DNA of 63,200 nucleotides, filler included, from Pirum gemmata (GCA_002812295.1; 25 parts of 25 records of this genome joined end to end with filler, not necessarily neighbours in it), one strand, 5' to 3'; positions 13,172 to 26,569 are shown, counted from the whole stretch's first letter. Notes: generated by a model from the sequence alone, not told the origin. Numbers and translations: made by a program.

Positions 13172-13906
13172 CATCAGACACCATATAATAAAGAAACTGC
13201 CATGCGATGCCACGACTATCCGTACAACTCTGAACTTCCATTAGTCACAATGACTGCAGGCAAAGAATTCACTGTTCAAACTTACATGCAAGCTAATCAT
13301 GTAGGTGATTGCTTTTTATACCTTTCCGTGCCTGGGGAAAACATCGACAGTCCAGTAAAATGGTATAAAATATACGAAAACTTGGGTTGTGGCGCAGAAC
13401 AGCCATACACCAATCCACCTACGCAGCAATCGCTAACCTTCACCATACCTAAGGGGGTGTCCGCCTCCAACCACAGTGTGTTGAGATTTGAATGGCAAGC
13501 TTTACAACTTACCGAACAAGTTGAATTTTACGTCAATTGCGCTGACGTCAAAGTGGAAAATGACAATAAACAAACGACAGTGAAATCAGAATCTATTGTG
13601 AGCATTAATGGTTTAGGCTATCTTAATGCTCCAGATCGAATTGATTACAGAATACCTTCCGCAAATAGAAGTGATCATCATCTTGTTGGTCCAGCTTTAG
13701 CGGAATACACAATTCTGGATATACCTACTTCTTCCGATATACCTACTTTTTCAGATGTACCTACTTCTCCAGATACTAATCACACTATAACTCCAAGTAC
13801 TAATCATACAAAAGAATGTCAAAAGCCAGATCCGGTCGTCGTGACGGAAATAGTCAACGTAACCACTACAGTATTTACATATGCTACATCTTATGTTACT
13901 GTTTAA
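13172..13906 (+). CDS. Lytic polysaccharide monooxygenase (LPMO)-like protein, C-terminal part with S/T/P-rich tail
   Basis: Motifs ANHVGDCFLYLS, KWYKIYE, TFTIPKGV, SVLRFEWQALQ and EFYVNCADVKV occur in the order seen in AA9/AA11-type LPMO folds (second His, axial Tyr, Cys). The His1-bearing N-terminus lies upstream of the contig edge. Probable acceptor at 13170-13171. Confidence 0.7.
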   Translation, partial: HQTPYNKETAMRCHDYPYNSELPLVTMTAGKEFTVQTYMQANHVGDCFLYLSVPGENIDSPVKWYKIYENLGCGAEQPYTNPPTQQSLTFTIPKGVSASNHSVLRFEWQALQLTEQVEFYVNCADVKVENDNKQTTVKSESIVSINGLGYLNAPDRIDYRIPSANRSDHHLVGPALAEYTILDIPTSSDIPTFSDVPTSPDTNHTITPSTNHTKECQKPDPVVVTEIVNVTTTVFTYATSYVTV

Positions 13907-15487
13907 TTGGTTAAAACATTAATAAAATTTTAAATTTAATACATAATAAATTTCCAGCAAAGATTTATTCGGTATATTTATTCAGAATAATTTTGAATAG
14001 ATTTATTCGGAATATTTATTCAGAATAATTTTGAACAATTTAATAATCATTTGTAAAGGTAATTTTATTATTATTATTATTATTATTCATTTATGTTGTT
14101 TTCGCACTTCGTTCTCAATTACTATTATTATATACATATATTCAAGGACTTCAAATTATATAATAATAATAATAATAATTATATTGTTATTAGTAATTAC
14201 TCAGAATTATTTTTTAAATAGCCAAGCCGGATAAAACTGTAGAAATCATTTTAAATTTTTTGGTTTCTTTTCTAAAAATCTTCAATAATAACCAGCCAAA
14301 TTATTTTTAAAAACTAGCTATTGGTTCATAATAGAGTTTTCTTAGTCAGATGATTTCTCAATATTTGGTAGTACTTTAATTCAAATTGGATCGTTTTGTG
14401 ATTTTTTAGATTTTTGAGCCTGTCGCCATTTTTCTCCGGTTTGGCAGTTTAAAAAAAAAAATGTATGGGTTTGTGGTACGATGACTAAACTGATGACTGG
14501 GGAATGGGGATTGTGATGAAAAGGTTTTAAATTTCGAGCCTTGACCTTTAATCTGGTATTTTTTAAGGGTTTATTTGAGCTTTTTTAAAAAATACAACAT
14601 TATATATATTATGCCTAATTAATTAAAAAATGTCCGATAATTTTATTATAAGTATAATTTGGTAGGTTTTATTCAGTTTTGAACTAGATAACAACTAAAT
14701 ATGACGTTTTGACACCTCTCCACAGAAAACCATGATGTTCACATAGTTTCACATCGAAAATAAAAAAAAGAGGAGGGATGAGAACTTTTAAAAGACTGAA
14801 AAAACAGTAGAAACCTGTAGAAACCTTTTTTTAGACTTCATTTCTAAAGCCTTTAACGCAAACTAGCCAAATTATTTTTAAAAACTGGCCAGTGGTTTTA
14901 TTAGTTATACTATTTCTCTAATATTTGGTAATACAAATTGGTAGCACTTTTATTAAAATTGGACGTTTTTGAGATTTTGACTTTCGCATTTTCCCCATCG
15001 CTCCATATGGCGGATGCTGCAATTTTATCCAGTTTGGCTGTTAAAAAAAATATGATAGATGAAAAAATCTGAAAAAATAATAAAAATATAGATCATGAAA
15101 GTGTTCATGATTATTACAAACATTTTTTTAAAATAAAAATAAAGAAGAAATAAATAACAGTAATAATAAGAAAAACAACAACAACAACTATAATAATAAT
15201 AATAATAATNNNNNNNNNNNNNNNNNNNNNNNNNNNNNNNNNNNNNNNNNNNNTTAATTAATTAANNNNNNNNNNNNNNNNNNNNNNNNNNNNNNNNNNN
15301 NNNNNNNNNACACACACATACCCCCCCCCCCACACACACGTTAATTGGATTATTTACATTCTTAAATAGATTTCAATAGTCTTGTAAATAATCCAATTAA
15401 CGTCTATATATATATAAGGTAATAAAAACACTTCCGACTAGTATTTTACCAGTAAGAACAGTTAATATAAATGGTAACAGCCAAATA

Positions 15488-17119
15488 ATGTTTAAAACGG
15501 GTCCATGGAAATACGAATTTAAGAAATCCGTTATATTCCCGAGTAAACACATAGAATTTTATCGTGCAATGGAAGTTGATTCAGATAACTCTAAAGTAGT
15601 TTCCTACAGAGGCTTTGATGTTAACAATGACAAAGCACTCTTTACCTGGGAATTGGCAAATCAAGATTTAAATGGATTTAATATGTATAGCAATAATGGT
15701 TGTTATAACACACCATATAAAGTGATACATGAAAACGATAGAGAAAAGTGTAAAAGTGTTTGTTTGGGAGACAATAATTGCATTTCATTTCAGTACAACA
15801 AAGAAGAAAAACAGTGCGAATTATCAGATTTTTGTACTTATGATAAAAGTGTTAATCAGTATGGTATGGTTGATGAAAACTACGATTTGTACGTTAAAAT
15901 TCTTCATGATAGCACTAAAAGTCCGGGCATAGTTACTCCATTCCCAGGTCATACGGGCTGCAAAAGTGACCATTTCATATACATTACTTATATTGAACCA
16001 GTTTTTAAACTTATAGTAGATGCAACCACCTGTGAATATGCATGTGTTAGTGATAAAGATTGCGTTTCTTTTGTATTCAATGAAAAAACCAAATTGTGCT
16101 TAATATCCCCAATTTGCACTTTTACTAGTTCAGGGAAACCTTCAGAATATAATAGCCCAAGTTGGACTTTCAATTTACTTTTAAACCGAGCAAATGTAGG
16201 TGAAGATGTAGGAACAGAAAAAAAGAACAAACATTTTGAAGGTTATTATTGATTTCATATAATATATTATATATATGTCAAATATAATTGTTATTTTATC
16301 ATATTAATTATTATCATTATTATTATTATACAAATATATAAATAGATTATCGTATCACACCTTGCGGGTTCCAAGACGAGAACTGTTCTTTCAGGAACGA
16401 AATGGGTACTACTTCTTATTATTAATAACAGTTTGTTAATTGCTTTTAATTATTTTTGGTTTATAATATTGATAATATACATAAGTTTAGTTAAATAATA
16501 ATAATAATAACAGTTTGTTAATTAATTGATTTATATATAATAATATATAGACAATTACATGATGGTAGAGTTGGGTGATAGAATAGCAGGTGATTTCATG
16601 ACAAAAAACGGCATTGACTTACAGCACTGTAAACGATTATGCGATGGGAATAATTCATGCGTTGGGGTTTCCTTTAAAGATAGTTTTTGTATTTTAAAGG
16701 ATAAAAGTCTTACACCTGACTATTATCAAAACGGCTTTCAATTTTATCAAAAAAAAAATGATGACATGATTGTAGAAATGGGTGGCAATTACATGATGGT
16801 AGAGTTGGGTGATAGAATAGCAGGTGATTTCATGACAAAAAACGGCATTGACTTACAGCACTGTAAACGATTATGCGATGGGAATAATTCATGCGTTGGG
16901 GTTTCCTTTAAAGATAGTTTTTGTATTTTAAAGGATAAAAGTCTTACACCTGACTATTATCAAAACGGCTTTCAATTTTATCAAAAAAAAAATGATGACA
17001 TGATTGTAGAAATGGGTGGCAATTACATGATGGTAGAGTTGGGTGATAGAATAGCAGGTGATTTCATGACAAAAAACGGCATTGACTTATTTATTTATTT
17101 TTATTTTTTACCATATTGA
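15488..17119 (+). CDS. Multi PAN/apple-domain protein fragment (exons ~15419/15488-16240, 16346-16405, 16551-~17088)
   Basis: Repeated CxxxCxxxxxCxxFx(5-8)C motifs (CKSVCLGDNNCISF, CEYACVSDKDCVSF, CKRLCDGNNSCVGV). Phase-1 GT-AG introns join the three exons in frame. Confidence 0.8.
16552..17088 (+). repeat. Exact 234-bp coding tandem repeat, about 2.3 copies (one PAN domain per unit)
   Basis: Unit ATGs at 16559, 16793 and 17027; copies appear identical. Confidence 0.95.
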
Positions 17120-17358
17120 ATACCCCAGCTTTGTTTAAAACTTACTTGTCTAGGTTTTAGTCGTTTTCTGATAGTTTCCTAGATCAAAATTTTTTAAAAA
17201 AGGTAGTGAGTCAAATAGAAAATAATTTTAGTTTTTCTTTGTCAATTTTATTAATAAACACCTTTAATTTTAACCTACCTAATGTTTTTCTATATTATTA
17301 TTCCTATCTCAATAGTATATCGGGCATATCAAACATAAGTCAATTCCAATTGTCAGCC

Positions 17359-17403
<45 letters not shown>

Positions 17404-18014
17404 TTGAATAATTCTTTCACCAATATATTTCATTAGACAACATTTTTGCAGTATTTTTGCCANNNNNNNNNTATTATATTAATATTGAATTTGATATTTA
17501 TTATATTGCATTATCATACGTGTTAGAAATAGTGACATGTAACCTTATTTTGTAAATTATTTTTGAATGAGTATTAATATATATCTGCTTAATTAAAAGT
17601 TTTTGATTTGGTGATTTTGTGGAGGTAAATTATTGATAGTTTGTGAAAACCACTGAAGAATAGTGGGGTATATATTATGTAACCAAGTTTTGCTACTTTT
17701 TTAAATGGCGGTGCTTAACCTTAAACCTTTTACTTTTTGCTTGTATTGCTACTTCATTTTGGCATATAGTTGGGTGTATCTTTTCACTCTCTTGTGAATT
17801 TCATTCGGTGTTCTGTGAATGCTGAAGTACATATCCTGTAATAAAAAAATAAAACTTTTTTAAAAAATAATTTAGTAAAAGAATCCAGTATAAATATCCA
17901 TGAAAATTGAAAGAAAAAAAAAAATATTAATTAACAAAAAAAATAGAAACAAGACAAAGAAATTAAAAACAAACAAAACGTTTCCCCCGATTTTGATAAA
18001 AAAATAAAAAAAAA

Positions 18015-19422
18015 ATGGGTGCATATTTATCAAAACAAATCAGTTCATTATTGATTGCCGTACTTTTTGTACTGGCTACAATGTCATCCGCTAAGCCACA
18101 AAAAGATGGACAAGATATTGCCGGTTTGGGAGAAAAAACTTTTAAATGTATTGGTGAAACAGCGGCAAGAACAAAAGAGTTTTTTAATACCTACAAAGAA
18201 GATATGCAAAAAGGCTTGGAAAAACTACAAGATGGCTTTGAGTTTCTGGCAACACCACTCACAGAATTTAAAGCAGATTCAACAGCGCTAGCGCAAACCC
18301 CTGATAACTTTGATGTTGGTAAATTTGTTGATGGGGTGAATAACCTGGATGTAGTAGCGGATAAAGTAAAAGCAGTAGCTAAGCATCTCGAGACCGCGTT
18401 TATGGCAGTTGGTGTTGTGTTTTCTTTATGGAATTTGATAACTGGTTTGACAAGTGCAGCTGACCCATCAAACAAACAGGTTATAAAAGAAATGAATCGA
18501 CACTTCCTTAAGGTTGATTTTAAACTACAAGCTATTACGCAAGCTATAGGAAATCTCCCCAAGGTAATCATTAATCTAATTATCGTTTATATATTATATA
18601 TAATTATATAGTTGATAATTGGATTTAATTTTATAAGGATTAGAATTAGAATACGAGTTATATTATATACCATTAATAATTTTGTTTTAATTGATTATGA
18701 AATTAATATTTGATTTTCGTATAATATTATACAGCAAATGAAAGAAGTATCTGTACAAGCTATTAAAGAAGAATCCTTAACTAATTATATTAGTAAACTA
18801 GAAGAGTATATACAATACCATGATAATATTATGTCTACGGATTACAGTGTCGATGAGGTATACTCGCATGAGTTAAAGTCGGAATTTCAAAATCGGTAAT
18901 ATTTCAAAAATTTAATTTTGTTTTATTGTTATAATAATAAGAAACATAATATAACAATAACATCTTTTGATAGTTTTAAAATTTAAAATATTAATGTTTT
19001 AAAGTTTTTTAAAATTATTAATTAACAATGAATGCTTATATATATTACAAGGTACGATAATTACTTTTTAGGTGATAATTCCAAACTACCTTCCCAAGTA
19101 TTAATCAGTTTAAAGACTGCTCTCGGAAAAGGGTTGATAGCAACAAGTGCGAGGAGACAAATCCTCAGTAAGATTCTTAATTGTCATCATCATTATTATC
19201 ATTATTTTTATATTATTATTATTACTATTAATGAATTAATGATAAAGGTAATTGAAAAAAAGAACTAAATTATTTATTTACTTACTTTTTATTTTCCCGT
19301 ACATAATTTTATAATATAGATGCTTATGCTACCGACACCCAAGGATTAAATGAGTATTTAAATACTGTAATAACTATAGCTGGCCAAGCGTTTTACTGTT
19401 TCGTATTGCGTTATTCACCAAG
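18015..19422 (+). CDS. Secreted helical protein resembling cephalotoxin/rapunzel/CfTX-type toxin N-terminal domains (exons 18015-18563, 18735-18895, 19052-19167, 19320-19422; 3' truncated)
   Basis: Signal peptide (LLIAVLFVLATMSSA), then a hydrophobic segment AFMAVGVVFSLWNLITGL, then DPSNKQVIKEMNRHFLKVDFKLQAITQAIGNL. The four exons splice in frame with phases 0, 2, 1 and 2. Confidence 0.6.
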
Positions 19423-22400
19423 GTATTTATAAATCTTATTTTATATTTTGTTAAATGTATACTGTATTCATTCTTATTGAATGATACAACACACGCATAC
19501 TTATATATATACCCCCCCCCCCCACNNNNNNNNNNNNNNNNNNNNNNNNNNNNNNNNNNNNNNNNNNNNTTAATTAATTAANNNNNNNNNNNNNNNNNNN
19601 NNNNNNNNNNNNNNNNNNNNNNNNNTTATTATTATTATTATTGTATTATTATTATCAATATTATAGCTTAGAGCCACAATATAGAAAAGCAGCTCGTTAC
19701 AGTGTTCGAACAAACTTTAAATTTATGTTATTATTTTTATAATTTAGTGTTCTTCATTATTAGAAAAAATAGGATTTTTATCATTTAATTCAAAACAGCA
19801 TTTGATTTTTCATCAGATATTGAAACTGACATATTAATATAAACAAATAGAATTCGAAATATTAACATAATTTTAAAAACCAATAATAATAATCATAATA
19901 ATAAAATAACCTGCAAACCCCCCCTAACCCACAGTATCATAAAGTAAATAATAAGTATGGGAAAACAATATTATGTAGTTTCAATATTAACAAATAATAA
20001 TAATAATAATGGAATTAAAATTTTTAATAACAATCTATATAATATAATAATAATCATGAACTTAACAGGTGCCTAACTCACAGACAGACTCCCACAGCTA
20101 CAGTATCATTGTCTCAAGTTGTGGCAGTGTTTTTTGGCCAAATCTCAAATTGCCTCTGGTTATGCAAATTTCAATTTTAATGTAAAAATTTACGAATCAG
20201 CGTGGACTATCGCCAAAATTGACTCTTTTTCCAGATTATTCTCTCTATTCGTTCTTTTCGGCTCTTTTTTTCTCTTTTTTTAGTCTTTTTCTTTTAACAG
20301 AAGTTTTTTCAGGTTATATTATTGGTTCTGTTAACCTTGGTCAGATCATTTCTTTCCTTTTGAGTGCTTTTCAAACTATTTTGAGCCTTTTGTGAGATCC
20401 TCTGTGTTCCTCACTTTTTAGGAGTTCCTCAATGTTCGACTAAATTGACACTGGTCTTGAAGACTTGAACATACAAATTCTTCTTTCGAACGAATCTGAA
20501 AAAGTCTGATTTGATGTAAATTCATATAATATCATAATTATATTAAATTCTAGATAATAAATTGATAATAATTAAAATTTTATAAAAAAAATTTAAAATA
20601 TTCGAAAATTCATTGCTCACAATATTATAATATTATGAACTAATATTACTCTACATCGTAGAGGAGCTAGAGAGAGTTAGAGAGGCCCTTTTCGCTTTAG
20701 CTAGCTAGGTCGAGTAAACACTGGTACTCATTAAATGATATTTAAAAGCAATATATCAATGATTTATTAATAGCAATTTTAGTACTAGTATTAATATTGT
20801 CGTCAACAAGACCGGATAAATTACCTAACATTTTTTTTATAATCATATATGAATAATATTTTTAAATTAATTATTATAGTAAACAGAGTACTACAGAGTA
20901 TAGCTGGATAAACTTTTTTAACCTAGCTTGTGTTTACAACTGTACATACATATAATTATGTGTTTTGTTTACAAATTCTCTCATGATAAGTTACATTATT
21001 TATAATATAAATATTACTATCAGATTTATATTACATTTATAAAAATAATTAGAATGGATAAATTATTTTTTTCCCAAAAGTTCTTCACTCAGGTATTAAT
21101 AGTTCCTAAAACACTCTTAGACCTCATGCAATAGTCTATATAATATTATATAGACTGTCTATAGCTATATATATAAATAAACAATACAAGTAGTGGTACC
21201 TTTTATAACTTAATTATAATGTGAAATATGATTTTTAAAAAGCAAAAATATTAATTAATATCATGATAATAAAGTAAGTACGCCAAAAAGAATAGTCGGT
21301 AGTGATCCTGTGGTTTACATCGATACTTCAAGAACCTCAGGAAATTCCTAGCTAGAAATACTATTATAGCTAGTAGGGTTCTTGGAGCTGGTTCTTGGAT
21401 ATTTTAATCCTTAGAGTTCCTTGGACTAGTACTTTCAGAGTCTTTCAGACTACTTTATTATTATCCCTTCGAATATCCCGTAAATTACGAATAGTTTGCA
21501 AAAAAACACGCAATTATGCATCCAACCGATGTAATTTTTTTAATTTTTTGTAGTGTTTTTCAGTTGTTTTGTCATAATAAATATACAATAAAGAGTACCA
21601 AATTAATATAATATAAATCCATTTAATTTAATTTTGGAATATTTTATTATTTATATTATATTGATTTAAAAAATTTTAATGTCAATTTAAAAATTATAAC
21701 CCTCCAAATAAATATTCAGAGTGACAAANNNNNNNNNNNNNNNNNNNNNNNNNNNNNNNNNNNNNNNNNNNNTTAATTAATTAANNNNNNNNNNNNNNNN
21801 NNNNNNNNNNNNNNNNNNNNNNNNNNNNAAAAAACAAAAAACGAAAAAAACAAAAAAACCAAAAAAAAAATTACAAGTAGAAAATAGAAAGAAATGTCAT
21901 GCGACAAAAATAAATTCATAAGTTTTTGCTCATTTAGTAGTTTTGTCGTTTACCAATTTGAAATTTCTGAAAAACTCCAGTCTCAAACATAATAAATAAA
22001 TATGTTCGAATAATTGTTCGAATAGTGCCAATGCATTATGTGTACGAGACTATTTTCATCCAAACTACACCCAGCCCAATGATATTTTACTAAACTTTTT
22101 ATTATGATTATGATTAATTATTACATTATTGTTATTTTTGATGGTCTATGGTATTAGAAACTACAAAAAACAAATTAACAAAAAATATATAAAACCAAAA
22201 CCAAAAACCAAAAACCAAAAACCAAAAATCTAAAACCAAAAACCAAAAACCAAAAACCAAAAACCAAAAACCAAAAACCAAAAACCAAAAACCAAAAACT
22301 AAAAATTTAGTACAAATAATATTAATATTACTTTATAATAAAAAAGAAAAATGGAAAACTGGAAAATAAAGTGCCCCGTTGTTAAATTTGGTCATGGATG

Positions 22401-22819
22401 GAAATTTAAAGTACTTTTACCTATCCCAAGGAAAAGATGAAACAAAAAATAAAAGATTTTTTAGAATAAAAATGTTCACTTAATATTATTATTATTATAT
22501 TAATATCATTGGTTATCGTTTGGTACTATATTGTTTTTAGCTATTATTTTTAACTATTAATTCACCACTTTTATCATTATCCTATACCTTTATTACTATT
22601 ATTTGGTTTACCATAGACACAGCTAATATAACATACTATAATTGATGTTATTGTTATTGTTATTATTGTTATTGTTGTGTGTTGCTATAGTTCGTAGTTC
22701 ATAGTTGCTATAGTTGTAGTTCATAGTTGCAGTTGTAGATATAGTTATAATCACCGTTTTCTTGATTTCTTGTTTTATTATTGTTATTATTTTTACATGT
22801 TTTTTTTTTTTGTTTTTTT

Positions 22820-23729
22820 TTAATCATCCCCCTCAACAAATTCGGAGTCTTCGTCTTCATCTTTTTCGCCCGCGAATTCGGAATCTTCGTCTTCATCCTT
22901 TTCGCCCGCAAATTCGGAGTCTTCGTCTTCGTCCTTTTCGTCTGCAAATTCGGAATCTTCACCCTCATCCTCCTGTCCAGCAAATTCAGAATCGTCATCA
23001 GAATTATAACCCATAGCATTTGACAGAACTAGCGAAAAAAAGAAAAAAGTACCAGTTAACATTGGTGTGCAAAATCAAAAAAAAAAAAAAAAAAAAAAAA
23101 TATAGATTNGGTTAGGGTTAGGGTTGGGGTTAGGGTTAGGGTTAGGGTTAGGGTTAGGGTTAGGGTTAAGGTTAAGGTTAAGGTTAGAGTTAGGGTTATG
23201 GTTATGGTTAGGGTTAGTATTTTTCCATTGTTTCTATTTTCGAACAAAAGTCAAATTTTTTTCGATTAATTGAAATTTTCGAAATCGATTAAAATGAAAT
23301 TTCAAAAATTTGGCCACAAGAAAATTGATTATTTTTCTTATGGAATGAATTTCCAGTATTATCTAAAAAAACATATGACGATCCAGAGTTTGTTACTATG
23401 AAGCTGCCATAAAAAGTATGGGTCCTTAAGAAAAATTAAATTGCCTCCGTTTTCGAACAATCGACTTATTATGTAGTAGGTTTTATTATTATTATTATTT
23501 ATAAATAAAACAAAAAAAACTTACTATCTATAATAGAATCATAATCTTTTAAAGTGTCCTCTAGGTCCTCTAAAGCTTCGGCGTCTTCGTCCTCTTCCGC
23601 GGCCGCGAATCTTTCTTCGATATCTTTTTGCGCTTCTCGTAAAATATCGAATACCGTTTTGTTATCTTTATCTACTACCTCTAAGGAGGCCCCCTCTGAT
23701 ACTAAAAAGCAGACATACTCCGTATCACC
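22820..23729 (-). CDS. Ankyrin-repeat protein with acidic repetitive C-terminus, last two exons (23729-23525, 23028-22820)
   Basis: GDTEYVCFLVSEGASLEVVDKDNKTVFD fits the ankyrin consensus. A phase-1 intron leads to ILSNAMGYNS, about five DSEF(A)GEKDEDE-like repeats and a stop. Confidence 0.75.
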
Positions 23730-24019
23730 CTATTATATACATAAAAAAATATATATATATATATTATGAAAAAACATCAATAAATAAAAAATAAGGAGAA
23801 AAATTGGAAATAAAATGAAATTGAAAATGTATCAAGTAAATTTCGTTCATGTTGACCACAACCACAACCCATAACCCATAACCCAAACCCACAACCCACA
23901 ACCCACAACCCACAACCCANNNNNNNNNNNNNNNNNNNNNNNNNNNNNNNNNNNNNNNNNNNNTTAATTAATTAANNNNNNNNNNNNNNNNNNNNNNNNN
24001 NNNNNNNNNNNNNNNNNNN

Positions 24020-24147
24020 AATTCTTAAAAATTCTTAGAAATTTCATAGAAAAAACATGAAACTTGAAAAAAAAAAGAAATTATTTCAAAATTGTCACAA
24101 TTTGGATCGAGCTGTTTGATTCGATTATGTTTTCCCGTATCTCCCTG
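24020..24147. mobile_element. MITE family C right end (TIR TTTTCCCGTATCTCCCT); left end of another copy at 25894-25975
   Basis: AGGGAGATACGGGAAAA near 25895 is the reverse complement of TTTTCCCGTATCTCCCT near 24130. Both pieces share internal AAAAATTCTTAGAAATTTCAT. Confidence 0.5.
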
Positions 24148-24959
24148 TTTTCCTTTATATATGATATATAAAAGGAAGAGCAGTAGGTTACAGTTATATA
24201 GTTAAATTAAAGTTGTAATTTGTTGATTTGTTTCATAATACTTTGGTGTAAGTTAATGATTTGATTGTCATTTGGTTTTAACTTTTTAGAAAAGCCATTA
24301 TTTTTATTACATGTCTGATTCGTATGAATTATTATATAAAAATAGCTGTACACTTTTTAATTAATTAATTATATATATTGTGATTTTCAGTTGTTTTTTT
24401 TTTATCATAAAATATACAATAAAGAGTGCAAAATTAATACAATATAAATCCATTTCATTTAATTTGGTATATTGTATTATCTATTTATTCATTTAAAAAT
24501 GTCACTTTGAAGGCTATAACCACCCAAATAAACATTCAGTGACAAAGTAATTTATTACCATGAGGTTTAAGTTTTAAAGGGTTAGGGTTAGGGTTAGCGA
24601 TGTGAGAAGAAGCGTGAGCAAAGTTGAAATTACTTTTTTATTAATATTATTGTGTATTGGAGTAATGAGAGTGGTTGTATTTGTGGCTGTGAGGTTTAAT
24701 TTAATTTCAAATATGTAATCGAATTATAAAAAATATTTTATTACAGTAATGTTATCCGCGTTTGCCTCGTATTATATATCCTGCTTTTCATTTTTATTTC
24801 ACTCTTGATTATTTGTTACTTCAAAATTATAAACGTGTTCATTTTAACTCAAAAATAAATAATAAAACATACCAAATTATTTAAATTGCATTAAATAGTT
24901 TTATATAATATATATTATTTTGGTATTTTTTAGTGTAAGGTGAAAAGCACTATAATAGG

Positions 24960-25872
24960 TTCGATTTTTATTGATAATCGGAATTTAATAAGTCTAAATA
25001 TTATATTCGATTTTACGATATGAGTTGATATCAATAAAATAAATCTTGATGAATTTTAAACTAAAATTACAAATTAATTGGAAAAATGAATTGATAATTT
25101 CGATACACACTGCACGTGCTCATTACTAATCCTTCTCTGACTAATACTACTTGTAAATTACTCTTCACACCTCGTGTATTTTGAACCTAATAATTTTCAT
25201 ACATAGTATTCAGTAATAGATTTGATTTTGATTTATAATCAGAATTTATTAGGTCTAAATATTAGATTCGATTTTTTGATTCGATTTTTTTATATGAATT
25301 GGTAATTTTGATATTAGATTCGATTTTTCGATATGAGTTAACATATCAATAAAAAAAATCTTGATGAATTTTTTTAAAAAAATAAAATATTTGATTTTCA
25401 TTTATAATCGAAATTTAACAAGTCTAAATATTAGATTCGATTTTTCGATAATGCGTTAACATCAATAAAATAAATCTTAAAAATGAATTTTAAAATAAGA
25501 TTGAAAATTAATTGAAAAAATGAATTGGTAATTTTGATATTAGATTCGATTTTTCGATATGAGTTAACATACCAATAAAATAAATGGAATGAATTTTTTA
25601 AAAAATGAAACGTTAGATTGGATTTTTCGATATGAGTTAATATCAATAAAATAAATCATTAGATTCGATATGAGTTAACATATCAATAAAATAAATTTTA
25701 ATGAATTTTTTAAAAAATAAAACATTCGATTTTCATTTATAATCGAAATTTAACAAGTCTAAATATTAGATTCGATTTTTCGATAATGAGTTAATATCAA
25801 TAAAATAAATCTTAATAATGAATTTTAAAATAAGATTAAAAATTAATTCAAAAAAATGAATTGGTAATTTTG
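24960..25872. repeat. Degenerate hierarchical minisatellite with core TATTAGATTCGATTTTTCGATATGAGTTAA
   Basis: The core recurs about 8 times with alternating spacers. Confidence 0.85.
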
Positions 25873-25996
25873 TTTAACAGCACAATCACCATATAGGGAG
25901 ATACGGGAAAAACCAACGAAGCGAGACTAGTTCGAAAATTTCGAATATTATTAAAAATTCTTAGAAATTTCATTTTAATATAATAATTATCCCCAT

Positions 25997-26033
<37 letters not shown>

Positions 26034-26348
26034 CAGGTAATGTATTACTATACCAATATAAACTTATATGTAATAATTTTAACATTATTATTATTATTAN
26101 TCTTACTACTAGCTAGAATAGCTAGCTAGCTAATTATTAGATTTATTACTCTTGATTCAAACTCTTGATTTTTATTATAATATATTTATTATATTATAAT
26201 ATTATTATGATATATATAAAAAAAGTAATAATAAAAAAAAATTATTATTACTTGTTATTATTATTATTATATAATATTTTTGAGTTTTCATTTGTTCTTT
26301 AATCCAATTTACTTATATTACTAACTAAATTTACTTCTGTTTTAAAAG

Positions 26349-26569
26349 TTAATGCTTGGTGATAACGTAACCATGGATCAAATCCAAGATTTTCTTACAA
26401 CCAATGGTAAAATAATGACCGATGCAGTTGTAGATTTTGCCACCAAAGATGTATTTAAGTTTTTTGATGTGGCCGCAAGTGAATCTAAGCATGTTCTTGC
26501 AGTTTCTGGTGTGTATGTAAAAGGATGGGGCTATCAAGTTGCTGGTTCATTGGACAGAGTTTTATTTTC
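26349..26569 (+). CDS. Isolated internal exon, unknown protein
   Basis: AG acceptor, LMLGDNVTMDQIQDFLTTNGK...GWGYQVAGSLDRVLF, GTAAG donor. Coding-like composition between microsatellite introns. Confidence 0.65.

Noticed and set aside
20060..20520. Possible decayed gene or transposase (similar stretches at 17700-17840, 27790-28140, 39330-39500 and 41000-41800)
   Set aside because: Multiple stops and no identifiable domain; it would need a translated search.
24960..25872. CRISPR-like array
   Set aside because: The spacers are themselves repeated, the units are degenerate and there are no cas genes; this is a eukaryotic minisatellite. The same applies to 39854-40655 and 54083-55180.
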